The position numbers and the translations under genes are program-made. From Escherichia coli (GTDB taxonomy: Bacteria > Pseudomonadota > Gammaproteobacteria > Enterobacterales > Enterobacteriaceae): 64,000 nt of DNA. The notes beneath the pieces were generated by a model. That model saw only the letters and a program-made list of their open reading frames with translations. It had not been told where the DNA came from and did not search any database. The first letter of the stretch is position 1; each line of letters starts with the position of its first letter. This document shows, piece after piece, positions 33,047 through 44,040 of this stretch. Where the stretch lies: assembly GCF_050320075.1 (NCBI RefSeq), contig NZ_CP190018.1; one strand, written 5' to 3'.

Positions 33047-35023
33047 ATGCAGCTTAATCATATCGTTAAAAGTCTGCTAATAACGGGATTATTCACCACC
33101 AGTTCTTTACCTCTCCTCGCGGCGGAAGCTCCTAAAGACGCCACCGCAGCCACGCAACAAGCAAACAATTTACTCTACAACCAGTTGCCGTTTGCCGATA
33201 ACACTGACTTTACTGATGCCCATAAAGGTTTTATTGCCCCTATCCCTCAAGACGTGATTAAGGGCGAACAAGGGAATGTTATCTGGGATCCACAACATTA
33301 CGCTTTTATCAAAGAAGGCGATAAAGCCCCTGATACGGTGAATCCGAGTTTATGGCGTCAGGCGCAACTGATAAATATCAGCGGGTTATTCGAAGTAACT
33401 GAAGGTGTCTATCAGATTCGCAATCTCGATCTATCAAATATGACCATCATTGAAGGCAAAGAGGGTATTACCGTCGTTGATCCCCTTGTTTCAGCAGAAA
33501 CAGCCAAAGTGGGTATGGATCTCTATTACAAAAATCGCGGCAAAAAACCGGTAGTGGCGGTTATCTATACACACAGTCATGTCGATCACTACGGTGGTGT
33601 TCGTGGCGTAATTGATGAAGCTGACGTTAAATCAGGCAAAGTTAAAATCTATGCGCCAGCCGGATTTTTGGAGGAAGCCGTTTCCGAAAACATCATGGCT
33701 GGCAATGTTATGAGCCGACGAGCCAGTTATATGTATGGCAACTTATTGAAACCTGATGTTAAAGGCCAGGTGGGGGCTGGACTGGGAACGACTACTTCAG
33801 CAGGAACAGTCACGTTGATTGCTCCTACTAACTACATCACCAAAACCGGACAAATAGAAACTATTGACGGGTTGACTTATGATTTCCTGATGGCGCCAGG
33901 TTCTGAAGCGCCTTCTGAAATGCTGTGGTTTATTGAAGAAAAGAAACTGATCGAAACCGCTGAAGATGTCACGCACACCCTTCATAACACCTATTCGCTG
34001 CGTGGGGCTAAAATTCGCCAACCGCTGCCGTGGTCAAAATATATTAATGAAGCTCTCAATTTGTGGGGTGATAAAGCCGAGATTATTCTCGCTCAACATC
34101 ACTGGCCAACCTGGGGCAACGATAACGTGGTCAAACTGCTTAAAAGCCAGCGTGATTTGTATCGTTACATCAATGATCAAACTCTGCGCATGGCTAATCA
34201 AGGGATGACCCGTGATGAAATTGCCGCAAACTTTAAACTGCCCTCTTCACTGGCTAACACCTGGGCGAATCGCGGCTATTACGGTTCGGTAAGTCATGAC
34301 GTGAAAGCAACTTACGTGCTTTATCTCGGCTGGTTTGATGGTAACCCCGCGACGCTTGATGAACTGCCGCCAGAAGAAGGCGCAAAAAAATTCGTCGAGT
34401 ATATGGGCGGTGCTGATGCCATTTTACAGAAAGCCACACAGGATTATGACCAGGGTAATTTCCGCTGGGTTGCCCAAGTTGTTAGTAAGGTGGTGTTTGC
34501 CGATCCAAACAACCAGGCAGCGAGAGATCTGGAAGCTGATGCGCTTGAGCAGTTAGGCTATCAGGCTGAATCTGGGCCGTGGCGTAATTTCTATCTCACT
34601 GGTGCACAGGAATTGCGTAATGGCGTACAAAAATTACCAACACCAAATACTGCCAGCCCAGACACCGTGCGTGCGATGACGCCGGAGATGTTCTTTGATT
34701 ATCTTGCCGTCCATATTAATGGTGAGAAAGCGGCAGATGCCAAAACCGTGTTGAATTTCGATTTTGGTGAAGATGGCGGCACCTATAAAGTGGAGCTTGA
34801 AAATGGTGTTCTCAATCATACCGCTGGTGTAGAGGCTTCGGATGCTGATGCCACTATCACTCTGTCTCGTGATGTATTGAACAAAATTGTACTGAAAGAA
34901 GAGACGCTGAAAGAAGCCACGGCCAAAGGAGATGTCAAAATTACTGGCAATGAGGAAAAACTCAACGAGCTGTTAGGTTATATGGATAATTTTGAATTTT
35001 GGTTCAATATAGTGACACCATAA
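33047..35023 (+). CDS. Periplasmic alkyl/aryl sulfatase-like metallo-beta-lactamase-fold protein (YjcS/SdsA1-like)
   Basis: 658-aa product with signal peptide, HSHVDHYGG metal-binding motif and a long C-terminal dimerisation/SCP2-like region; AT-rich relative to its neighbours; not at this locus in K-12 as far as I recall. Confidence 0.8.
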   Translation: MQLNHIVKSLLITGLFTTSSLPLLAAEAPKDATAATQQANNLLYNQLPFADNTDFTDAHKGFIAPIPQDVIKGEQGNVIWDPQHYAFIKEGDKAPDTVNPSLWRQAQLINISGLFEVTEGVYQIRNLDLSNMTIIEGKEGITVVDPLVSAETAKVGMDLYYKNRGKKPVVAVIYTHSHVDHYGGVRGVIDEADVKSGKVKIYAPAGFLEEAVSENIMAGNVMSRRASYMYGNLLKPDVKGQVGAGLGTTTSAGTVTLIAPTNYITKTGQIETIDGLTYDFLMAPGSEAPSEMLWFIEEKKLIETAEDVTHTLHNTYSLRGAKIRQPLPWSKYINEALNLWGDKAEIILAQHHWPTWGNDNVVKLLKSQRDLYRYINDQTLRMANQGMTRDEIAANFKLPSSLANTWANRGYYGSVSHDVKATYVLYLGWFDGNPATLDELPPEEGAKKFVEYMGGADAILQKATQDYDQGNFRWVAQVVSKVVFADPNNQAARDLEADALEQLGYQAESGPWRNFYLTGAQELRNGVQKLPTPNTASPDTVRAMTPEMFFDYLAVHINGEKAADAKTVLNFDFGEDGGTYKVELENGVLNHTAGVEASDADATITLSRDVLNKIVLKEETLKEATAKGDVKITGNEEKLNELLGYMDNFEFWFNIVTP

Positions 35024-35037
35024 ATTTACTGCATACC

Positions 35038-35060
35038 GGGCAGGTATCCTGCCCTTTTTT
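35038..35060 (+). terminator. Rho-independent terminator after the sulfatase gene
   Basis: gggcagg / tat / cctgccc followed by tttttt. Confidence 0.7.
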
Positions 35061-35069
35061 GGTTAAAAA

Positions 35070-36167
35070 ATGGCTGAACGAAGAAAAACTCATCACTCAT
35101 GGAAAACCCGCCGCGATATGGTTATTCGCGGCATGACGATTAGTTTGCCATGGTTTGCTTTTATCAATGTCAGTTTTGCATTGATAATTTTGCTGCGCCG
35201 TGTTCTGTTTAATGACCTTACTCCACCCTGGTTAAATGAAAAAAGCCTTATACATTCTATTGATATATCTGCAACGGGTATTCTGCTGATTTGCAGTGGT
35301 TTACTACTCATCCCTCGGCAAAAAACATTACCTATCCAGGTGCTATTAGTTGCCCTGAGCCTGCTATGGTCATGGTGTAGTTATCACTTTATTGCGTACT
35401 GGACGCTGCAGTTTGCTTATCCACTATGTGTATTATTAATGCTTAGTGGCGTTGTCGCACTTTATTTCCATACCCCATCATTGCTCGCATTTGTCATTCC
35501 CTTATGGTTCACCACTCCAATAGCGAGTCTTATGCTTAATCAACAGATCAATATTCATTTTGCTGTTGTATGGTGTATTTTTTCACTGGCGCTATATGGT
35601 GGGCGACTCATTTTGTTACGTTGGTTTGAAGAAGCATGGGTACAAAACAGTTATAACAACCAGTTAATTAATCGCCTTGATGCATTAGCACATCGTGATC
35701 CTTTAACTGGGATAGCAAACCGACGTGCAATGAACAGTATCTTACACGACGCGATGGATAACGGCGGGTCATTTGCTCTTATTATGCTGGATGTCGATTT
35801 TTTTAAACGTTACAACGACACTTACGGGCATCCTGCTGGGGATCGTTGTCTAATACAAGTTGCCGACGCTCTACAGCGTTCAACTCGCCAGTCGGAGGAT
35901 GTTGTTGTCCGTTATGGTGGCGAAGAGTTTGCCATCATACTTTTTAATGCAACATTGCCGGAAGCAGAGACGGTAGCAGCCAGAGTGAAGCAAGAACTTA
36001 AACTGGCAGCTATCCCACATCAGGCATCTGCTGTTAATGCATTTGTTACGGTTAGTCAGGGGATTACCTGTTCTGCTCCCGCAAAAACGGCTGAACAAAT
36101 TATTTCAGATGCCGACGCTGCGTTATACCGGGCGAAAGAAAGTGGGCGAAATCGATGGGCTTTATAA
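35070..36167 (+). CDS. Membrane-anchored diguanylate cyclase (GGDEF domain, intact GGEEF active site)
   Basis: About 5 predicted N-terminal TM helices, then DPLTGIANRR ... RYGGEEF ... YRAKESGRNRWA; start codon uncertain (alternatives at MVIRG and MTISL). Confidence 0.8.
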   Translation: MAERRKTHHSWKTRRDMVIRGMTISLPWFAFINVSFALIILLRRVLFNDLTPPWLNEKSLIHSIDISATGILLICSGLLLIPRQKTLPIQVLLVALSLLWSWCSYHFIAYWTLQFAYPLCVLLMLSGVVALYFHTPSLLAFVIPLWFTTPIASLMLNQQINIHFAVVWCIFSLALYGGRLILLRWFEEAWVQNSYNNQLINRLDALAHRDPLTGIANRRAMNSILHDAMDNGGSFALIMLDVDFFKRYNDTYGHPAGDRCLIQVADALQRSTRQSEDVVVRYGGEEFAIILFNATLPEAETVAARVKQELKLAAIPHQASAVNAFVTVSQGITCSAPAKTAEQIISDADAALYRAKESGRNRWAL

Positions 36168-36169
36168 GC

Positions 36170-37063
36170 ATTAGGGGACTGGACAGATTACGTCTCTCCT
36201 CGCTTAACAAGGGCTGACGGAGGGTAATAATTGTCTATAGCTATCTTCTTAGCGATGTCTTTCTGGTATCACATTGGATCGGTGCAATTATTTTTCCTTT
36301 AATACCCATTATGTTAAGAAATTCAGAAACAGCTGTAATCTCATTGTTTTTTTCATTCGTCTTGATCTTCCAAGGAATCTGACTGTGCATTATTGAGAAC
36401 ACACTAATAACGTGAATCGCTCCCTTGCGACGACTCTTGTCATAAGAGTACCGGAGCGTTTTTCCATCAATTGCAATGACGTCTTTATCATCTGAAGAAT
36501 GGCAGTCAAGCATCCAGTTAATAAAGCACTCATAAAATTTTTCAGGACTGATACAGGATACAACTCTGGCAATGGTATCGTGAACAGGAATACCATTATC
36601 AAAATCACCATATTGCTTCAAAAAATCGAGATGTGTTTCCCCAAAATCCTCTATATCTTCCCAGCCTTCTGCACCCGAAATAACGGCACAAATAGTCAAC
36701 AGTAGAATATCCGATAATTTATGTTCCACTTTCCAGGCTTGTCTGTAATCGGGGATAATAGAAATATGTCCCATCAATTTTTTAAGTTCCATTTTGTTCT
36801 CCTTAATTATGTAAGGAGTATTTGATCATGTATACGCAATAAAAAACAGCTTCAGGTAATGAGGAATATCTCAATTGTTAAACATAAAATGCGAATTGTC
36901 TAGTACAAAAAAGCAGCGTTACGTGATCTTTCCGTGGATCGTCAAATTGTTCGAGAGAAAATACCAACATGATGGATTTTACTGTAAAAGTAATGTCGTA
37001 GTTTAAAAACTCATCATCCGGTAAAGCCTTGTGGGGCGTGGGCTTTCATACTTTTACCCTGAT
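36170..37063 (-). mobile_element. Truncated H-repeat (ISAs1-family) element remnant
   Basis: 5' end region (aacatgatggattttactgtaaaagtaatgtcg...cttgtggggcgtgggctttcat) is shared with the second H-rpt copy at about 43700..43800; the coding region breaks off after about 180 codons, next to the cyclase gene stop. Confidence 0.6.
36241..36792 (-). pseudogene. H-repeat-associated (ISAs1-family) transposase, 3'-truncated
   Basis: 183-aa N-terminal fragment ([21 protein letters not shown]...) aligning with the N-terminus of the copy at 42493..43629. Confidence 0.75.
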
Positions 37064-37377
37064 GTCTGCTATACGCCGGACACCCTTTACGTAGCATTCG
37101 GAATTCACCCGTAAATTTATCACGGCGGTATCACGAAACCTCCGGTTCTGATGCCGCTTAGGACTAACGACACGTCAACACAGGTTCGGGTTTATTCATT
37201 TCACTGTATCTCATATAATCTGAGCACTCCCCCTGCGCTCGCTACTATGACTCTTTACCACAGCAACCGGGGTTGTTTGGGATCGGCTTTCAACAGCAGA
37301 TCCCGGTGGCTATTGCAAGTAAGTCTACTTTCCACATCAGTGTTACTGACACAGAAAATAATGAGTTATGATCCTTG

Positions 37378-37863
37378 TCATATTTTTAATATAGCCCCAT
37401 GAGCTATAGGATCAAAACCTTCTAACCATGAGGTGTTTTTATCGAATAATGCATCTGTTATATTTATATCGCCATATCTATCACATAATAAATTAGCGCC
37501 ACATAAGTCAGCACCAGAAAAATTTGAATCTTTAACGTCTGCATTGCAAAAGGTTGAATTAGTTAATATAGCACCCTCAAAGTTTGCACCTATTGACCTT
37601 GAATTACTAAAGTCACTTCCAGTGAAATCTGAGTTATTAAGAATAGCGTTCATCAGAGCCGCATTGCGAAAGACAGCATTTCTAGTTGATGTATGTTGAA
37701 TCATTACATTTCTTAAATGGGAATTTTCAAATTTCGCCCCATCAAGACAATAACCATTGAGGATGGCACGATGTAGATCCATCCCGCTAAAATCATATCC
37801 AGCAAGAGTGGTACTATCTATATCAAGAAATTTATTGGTTATTAAAAACGCGATTCTTATCAT
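37378..37863 (-). CDS. ydcD: Pentapeptide-repeat protein, probable immunity protein for the Rhs C-terminal toxin
   Basis: 161-aa product made of A(D/N)Lxx-type repeats ([27 protein letters not shown]); its ATG overlaps the rhs TGA (ATGA); AT-rich. Confidence 0.75.
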   Translation of the reverse strand: MIRIAFLITNKFLDIDSTTLAGYDFSGMDLHRAILNGYCLDGAKFENSHLRNVMIQHTSTRNAVFRNAALMNAILNNSDFTGSDFSNSRSIGANFEGAILTNSTFCNADVKDSNFSGADLCGANLLCDRYGDINITDALFDKNTSWLEGFDPIAHGAILKI

Positions 37864-40800
37864 CTATTCCCCCAATCATCTAACTCCGGAAAAATTTGGC
37901 TAAACGGATATAGTGGTGCCGATAATGGACGCGTACCTGGCCGCTCAGGAGGAAGTTTATCACATAACAGACCCGCAACCATCCTGTGATTACCATTAAC
38001 AATCACATTCCCATCCATATCAACCGGTGGTGCTCCACTACCATCTTCCAGCATTTGTACGTAGTGAGCTACTACGGGTACTGAGACTTTTTGTTGTACT
38101 GTCAACAAGGGACTGTTGGCCACAACCATCCTGATGTTTTCAGGTGTCGTAGGTAAACATTTAGTCTTCTCTTGACTAAAGGTATCATCCCACAATTTTG
38201 TTAAACCCATCACTGCCTGTTGTCTGTATTTATCCATGGGGTCAGCAATCAACCAAGATGGACCTGACTGCTCTATGGAATCTTCTCCGGAGAGACCCAA
38301 CGGATCTATCTTAGTAGTTGGATTCAATGGATACTGATACAGGTTCCATGCACCTCTTAGCCCAATGGGATCCTGGGTGATATACCGCCCCTGCAACGGG
38401 TCATAGTACCGGTTGCGGTTATAGTACAGCCCCGACTCCTCATCATACTGCTGCCCCGGCAGACGGTACGGCTGTTGCAGTTGCTGCGCGCTGGTTTCGC
38501 CCAGCAGGTTTCCCCACTCGTCATACTCCCCCTGCCACGCCGTTTCCCCTTCCGGGCTGATGAGCGCCTGCGGCAGCCCCCGGTGGTCGCAGTGGTAAAG
38601 ATGAAGTGTCCTCTCCGGGATGTATTCCGCCTCCATCTGGTTTTTCATCTGTTCCGCCGTCAGCCCGCACTGCTGAAGCCATGCCTCACTCTCCGCACTC
38701 ACCGCACCCGCGCGCAGTTCCCGCTCCAGCCTCCCCAGCATCACCGACAGCTCCGCCGGTAGCGTCACCCCCGTGTCCTCCTGCAACACCTCCGCCAGAC
38801 TCCGGTGCCGCGCCTTCGCCTGTTCACCATTCTCTGTTTCGATTCTGATGAGCGGCGTGAAGCTCCCCGGCTGGTATACCGTCTGGATACGCGTGGTGCC
38901 GGTCTGTACCGTCGTCAGCCTGTCACCGTCCCACCCGTACCAGGTCTCCTCCGGTTTACGCGACAGCGACATCCACCCCGTCAGGTCACGCTCCCGCCGC
39001 CACACCCGTTTCCCCGTCCGGCGGCCCAGCGGGTCATAGAGGTAGCGGCTCTCCACCTGTGGCTCGCCGTGCTGTATCCGCGTGTAGAACACCAGGCGGT
39101 GCTGGCTGTCGTAATGGTAGTGGTGCGTCCGCTCGTCGTGCATCCGTATCACCCCTTCCGGGATACGGTCCGTCTTCTCCGCCAGCCTGCCGTATTCATC
39201 GTAGCGGTAGACATAGTGCGCATCTTCCGTGATGCGGTTATCCGGCCACGCCGTGAAGGTGCTGTCCGGGTGCAGTTCCGGGTCCGGCAGCCGGTTTCCT
39301 GCCGGGTCCGTCGCATACGGGATATCGATATCCAGGTTCGCCGCCGTGGTGTGAACGCCCGTCAGTCTTCCCGTGTCGCTGTAACGGTACTTCCGGCTCT
39401 CCTGCGGGCCGCTGATGCGCACCAGTTGCCCGTTATCGTTCCACGTATACTCACGGTCAAGCTGCGGAAGGTTCAGGTGCCTGCTCCGGAGCTGCCCTGT
39501 GAGGGTGTACGCCGTGGCCTGTTCGTACCCCGCTGTACTGCCCGCCCCGCCGAAGCTGCGGGCCGTCTCACGGTGCAGCCGGTCCCGCGTGTACTCGACC
39601 AGCGGCGTTCCGCCCAGCTTCATCCCCGCAAGATAACCGCTGCCATACGTCAGCCACTCCACCGGCGGCAGACCGTCCGGCTCCTGACGGGTCGCCAGCC
39701 CCTGTTCGCTGTAGACGTGCCTCGTCTCATGCTCCCACAGCATCTCCCCCGTCTCCTGGTTCTCCACCGTCTGCCGTTCGCCCGTCAGGCGGCCTTTATC
39801 GTCATAGCCGTAGTGGACCGCCACACGGTGGCCTTCGCTCAGGTGGCTGATTTCTGTCAGCCAGCCGTGGTCGTCATACTGCCACTGCTCCGCCGGGTCG
39901 CCGTTCACCGTCCGGTGCGTGATGCGCCCGGCGTCATCGTAGTACCACTGCGTGACCTGCCCCTCATCCTCGCTGCGGATGAGCTGCCCTGTGGCGCTGT
40001 ACCGGTAACGCTGTGTCCTGCCGTCAAAGCCGCGCTGCTCCGTCAGCCTGTCCACCGGGTCATACCGGAACGTGGACTGGCTGCCGTTCTCGTTGGTCAG
40101 CACGGTGATGCGCCCGGCGGCGTCATACTCCATGCTGCGCGTCAGTCCGCCCTGCGTGGTGCTGACGGCCTTTCCCCACGCATCATACTGTGTCTCACTC
40201 CGGCTGCCGTTCGGGGCAATGATAGCGGTGAGGTCGCCTGCGGCGCTGTACTCATAACGGGTTTCACGTCCCTGCGCATCCTTCTGACTGACCAGTTGAC
40301 CACGCGGGTTATAACTGCTGTAAGTGCTGATGCCTTCCTCCCGGTGAACCGCCGTCCTCTGACCGTACCGGTCGTATTCATACCGCGTCGTGTACCCTGA
40401 ACAGTCCGTAAATGCCTGAAGCTGACCGTACCGGTTTCGCGTTATTCTCCGCCTCACCCCGGTTCCGTCTTCCACCGCACAGGGCAGGCCACTGCGGGAA
40501 GAATCATAAAACCAGCGCGTAATGTTACCGTTGCGCGAGACCTCTTCCGCCAGCCTGCCCTGACGGTCATATTTCCGGCTGCGGCGCAGCCCGTCCGGGT
40601 ACGTCACTGACGTCAGTTGCAACTGGTTGTTGTAACCATACCGTACCGTCCTGCCGTCCGGCAGTATCACTGAAGTCAGCTTTCCCGACGCCATATGCAG
40701 CCGGTACTCCGTCCGCCGTCCCGCCGCATCCGTCTGCGCCTTCAGCCTCCCCGCCTCATCATACTCGCTGCGGGTGATGCTCCCGTCCCCATACTCCTTC

Positions 40801-42071
40801 TTCACCACCCGCTTCAGGCCGCCCTCGCCCTCCGTGTACAGCACCTCCCGCCGGTTCAGGCTGTCCGTGATGGTCACGCGGTCCTGCCCGTACTCAAAGC
40901 GGTAGTCCAGCCCCTCCGGGTTGACCTGCTCCGTCACCCGACCGGTATCATCATACCGGTAGCGGCTCTCCGGCCTCCCCGCATAATGGTGCGCCACCAT
41001 CCGCCCGGCGTGCTCCGCATCATAAGTAAACCCGCGCACCTGCGTCCCGCTGCGGTCATACACCGCCCGCAGTTCTCCGCTGGCCGTGTACGTGTAGCGC
41101 GCCAGCGGCGCAGTCGGCAGTTCATCCGGGTATGCCGGGTCGTGTGTCAGCCATACCGCCTCCAGCCGGATACCGTTATCGGCACCGTACTCTGTACCGG
41201 TGGGCAGCGTGTCGGGGAAAAACTGAGAAGAGGAAACAGAACGGGGACTGGCCGGAGAAGATAAAGAAGACTCGCGCTGTTTACGGAAGGCTTTCGCCCG
41301 CTGCGCCTGTGTGGTCAGCGCCAGATGAAAACGGCGGCCCGCGCCGTCCGTCACCCCCGTCACCGCGCCCGCCGCTTCCCCCTCTGCCGCCCGGTGGAAG
41401 GCCAGCGTCCGCCCGAAGCCGTCCACCACGCCCGTCAGCACCCGGTATGCGGGCGGCTCCGGCGGCAGCACCTCGTCCGCCTCCGGCACCCGCTCCGGCC
41501 AGCCGAGTATCCACCACGGCCCCTGAAGGCTGTTTGTCGCCAGGTACACATGCGGGCTTAAGCGGAGACTCTCCGGCAGCACCTGCCAGAGCGCGCTTAG
41601 CGGCTGCGAACTGTGCTGCTCCGCCACCCCGCCCCTTGCCAGCCAGAACGACTCGCTGCGGCTGTAGCTTATCTCGCCGGGAAACAGCGGCTCAAAGTGA
41701 ATGCTCCTGCCGCCACTGTCGTTGAGTATCAGTTCCCGCTCATGAACCTGTAAGCGGATATCGAAGGGCGCTTTCCAGCCGGGACCAAACACCCCCACCG
41801 GCGCGGGTGTCCTGGTCCGGTAGCTGCTGTAGGCGCGGGAAAGAATAAACGGCAACGGGCCGGGCAGCGCAAGATCCGTCTCGCCCGGCAGCACCTTCGC
41901 ACCCAGTAGCGGGTTCACCGGGTTACCCTTCTGCTCCTCCACCGGGCTGTTGGGACACACCGAGCAGGCCACTCCCGTCGGCGCACCTATCAGCACCCCC
42001 GCTGAACCCTGCACAATATCCAGTCCCTTGCGGGTCATATCGCCCTGTCGCGCCGCCGGTTTTCCGCTCAT
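37860..42071 (-). CDS. rhsE: Full-length Rhs family polymorphic toxin (PAAR-like N-terminus, YD-repeat shell, variable C-terminal tip)
   Basis: 1403-aa product; N-terminus [13 protein letters not shown] (PAAR-type); many YD repeats; DPIGL core-boundary motif about 175 residues from the C-terminus; GC-rich core with an AT-rich tip. The gene symbol follows K-12 synteny, where this gene is a truncated pseudogene as I recall. Confidence 0.85.
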   Translation of the reverse strand: MSGKPAARQGDMTRKGLDIVQGSAGVLIGAPTGVACSVCPNSPVEEQKGNPVNPLLGAKVLPGETDLALPGPLPFILSRAYSSYRTRTPAPVGVFGPGWKAPFDIRLQVHERELILNDSGGRSIHFEPLFPGEISYSRSESFWLARGGVAEQHSSQPLSALWQVLPESLRLSPHVYLATNSLQGPWWILGWPERVPEADEVLPPEPPAYRVLTGVVDGFGRTLAFHRAAEGEAAGAVTGVTDGAGRRFHLALTTQAQRAKAFRKQRESSLSSPASPRSVSSSQFFPDTLPTGTEYGADNGIRLEAVWLTHDPAYPDELPTAPLARYTYTASGELRAVYDRSGTQVRGFTYDAEHAGRMVAHHYAGRPESRYRYDDTGRVTEQVNPEGLDYRFEYGQDRVTITDSLNRREVLYTEGEGGLKRVVKKEYGDGSITRSEYDEAGRLKAQTDAAGRRTEYRLHMASGKLTSVILPDGRTVRYGYNNQLQLTSVTYPDGLRRSRKYDRQGRLAEEVSRNGNITRWFYDSSRSGLPCAVEDGTGVRRRITRNRYGQLQAFTDCSGYTTRYEYDRYGQRTAVHREEGISTYSSYNPRGQLVSQKDAQGRETRYEYSAAGDLTAIIAPNGSRSETQYDAWGKAVSTTQGGLTRSMEYDAAGRITVLTNENGSQSTFRYDPVDRLTEQRGFDGRTQRYRYSATGQLIRSEDEGQVTQWYYDDAGRITHRTVNGDPAEQWQYDDHGWLTEISHLSEGHRVAVHYGYDDKGRLTGERQTVENQETGEMLWEHETRHVYSEQGLATRQEPDGLPPVEWLTYGSGYLAGMKLGGTPLVEYTRDRLHRETARSFGGAGSTAGYEQATAYTLTGQLRSRHLNLPQLDREYTWNDNGQLVRISGPQESRKYRYSDTGRLTGVHTTAANLDIDIPYATDPAGNRLPDPELHPDSTFTAWPDNRITEDAHYVYRYDEYGRLAEKTDRIPEGVIRMHDERTHHYHYDSQHRLVFYTRIQHGEPQVESRYLYDPLGRRTGKRVWRRERDLTGWMSLSRKPEETWYGWDGDRLTTVQTGTTRIQTVYQPGSFTPLIRIETENGEQAKARHRSLAEVLQEDTGVTLPAELSVMLGRLERELRAGAVSAESEAWLQQCGLTAEQMKNQMEAEYIPERTLHLYHCDHRGLPQALISPEGETAWQGEYDEWGNLLGETSAQQLQQPYRLPGQQYDEESGLYYNRNRYYDPLQGRYITQDPIGLRGAWNLYQYPLNPTTKIDPLGLSGEDSIEQSGPSWLIADPMDKYRQQAVMGLTKLWDDTFSQEKTKCLPTTPENIRMVVANSPLLTVQQKVSVPVVAHYVQMLEDGSGAPPVDMDGNVIVNGNHRMVAGLLCDKLPPERPGTRPLSAPLYPFSQIFPELDDWGNR

Positions 42072-42090
42072 GGTTTATTCCTTAAATTAT

Positions 42091-42282
42091 TTATGGTTTT
42101 ATTCTGAGTGCAATCCATACTGATTCATAACCAGTGAATAAGATTTCCCCGAATAATCTATATAAATTAGCGAAGTCCTCTTCACTAATTAACCGTAAAA
42201 TCCCGTACCAATGAAATATAAAAATAACCACCCACACAAATTTATTGCAAATATTATTTATTATTGTATATACATCATTCAC
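42091..42282 (-). CDS. Hypothetical small hydrophobic protein upstream of rhs (GTG start; may be spurious)
   Basis: 63-codon ORF in a very AT-rich region ending 19 bp before the rhs ATG; no recognisable motif. Confidence 0.3.
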   Translation of the reverse strand: MNDVYTIINNICNKFVWVVIFIFHWYGILRLISEEDFANLYRLFGEILFTGYESVWIALRIKP

Positions 42283-42479
42283 TGAACGTTCTCAAACTGC
42301 ATACCTTAGAACCATCAATTAAAGCCACAACAAAAAAAATCGATTACTTTATGTCGCATGACAAATATGAATTACATATTAATCAACCTTAAAAACAATC
42401 ATCTCTTATAATTAACAGCATACCATGAGAAACACAAAATCAATTTACCATGCATACCAGGAGCATAATTAACCTCTCA

Positions 42480-43802
42480 CCGCAGGGCGAAATCATGAAG
42501 GCCCGCAGCCAGCAAGGATTAGAGAAAGGTATTCATTCTTACGTCCTGCCCGCTTTTGCTTGCGTTTAATACCCGCTTTAAAGCTATTCTCTGCGGTCAG
42601 TAAATTCATCGCGATATGTCGACAAACTGCCAGATTTTCTCCCGCTTCTCCACGAACAATCTGGCATTCATCTTCCCGCATCCCCATATCAAGTCGCCAG
42701 TGCAGTTGATTTTCTACCGACCAGTGTGCTCGTGTTGCTTCCAGGAGTTCTTTCGCCGTAAGCGTCACCGAACTTATGTAGTAGCGAAGAATACACTTCT
42801 CTGATTTCACCGCTGTTTCTCCTTCCTGTCTGCTCGCCAGCACTATTCCTATCGTGCTCAGCTCTGACCATTCATAAGCTAAATCACCCAGAGCGGTTAA
42901 ATCATGGCTCACAATGCAGCATCGTGTATCTTCCCGTCCATGCCCTTTTTCCTGCGTGCTGTAACTGTCATACCTCTCACCCAGCCACATTGTCGGCGAG
43001 TACCCGTTATCAAACGCCTCCGCTAATTTTCCCTGATTTCCTTTCAGCGCCAGCAGGTAACCGGCTTTCTTTTTCAGAATTTCACGGGCGATTATATGCT
43101 GGCAACCCATTGCATCCAGCGTGACCAGACACCCTTTTAATTCCAGCAACTGGAGCCGTTCCGGGATCGCCGTTATCTCATTCGATTTTGCCCCTGTTTT
43201 CACCTGCCCCAAAACCAGACGATTTTCTGCGCTAAAAGCACTGACCCTATGGATCACGGCATTACGTTTCGATTTATCGTAAGTACCCCGTAATGACTTA
43301 CCATCAATCGCCACAACAGAGCCTTCAGACAACGTGTGACAGTCCTTCATCTACTGGATAAAAAGGGGCTGTAATTGTTTTGCTGAAATCATTCCCATCA
43401 CTCGGGCAATCGTGTGATGGGAGGGGGTGCCATTTTCAAAATCACCATACAGGCGTAACCATTCCAGATGCTCCTCACCAAAATCAGCAATTTCTTCCCA
43501 TCCTTCAGCGCCACCGATAATGGCGGTGATCGTCAGAAAAAGGATATCCGCCAGGCTGTAACTGGTTTTCCAGGACTGGCGATAATCGTGAATAATTGAA
43601 ATTTGATCCAAAAGGCTTAGTCCGTTCATGGTGTGCTATCCATCAAAAAGAAAGGATAAGATCACACTGAAATAAGATGGTCAAATTGATCGAAAAAAAA
43701 GATCAACATGATGGGTTTTACGATAAAAGTAATGTCGCGATTTAAAAATTCATCATTCACCAAAGTCTTGTGGGGCGCGGGCTTTCATGCTTTTTCCCTG
43801 AT
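42480..43802 (-). mobile_element. H-repeat (ISAs1-family) element upstream of rhs
   Basis: About 1.3 kb unit holding an ISAs1-type transposase reading frame; 5' end sequence shared with the remnant at about 36900..37063; boundaries approximate. Confidence 0.6.
42493..43629 (-). pseudogene. H-repeat-associated (ISAs1-family) transposase interrupted by an in-frame amber codon
   Basis: ORF-track pieces 43351..43629 and 42493..43350 are contiguous in one frame, separated only by TAG (plus-strand cta at 43351..43353): ...LQPLFIQ*MKDCHTLSEG. Confidence 0.8.
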
Positions 43803-44040
43803 ACGCTACCGCTCTGCCCTGATAACATGATCTGCACGGCGCTATCATATCGACATATTTCTCTACATGCGAAAGGATGTTTTATTTTCGGATTATATTA
43901 AATTGATATTTCATATAAAAAACGAGATTACATAAATCATATAAATAATTGTACCAACTTTAATTACCATTCATAGCAAACAAATGGATGTCCAGTTAAC
44001 TACGCCAGTGATTTATTAACATTAATCTCCGGCATTATTG

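Noticed and set aside
38475-41725. Several long plus-strand ORFs (up to 531 aa) with Pro/Arg/Ala-rich products inside the rhs region
   Set aside because: They are antisense to the well-supported Rhs reading frame and have the low-complexity composition expected from stop-poor GC-rich DNA; they are artefacts
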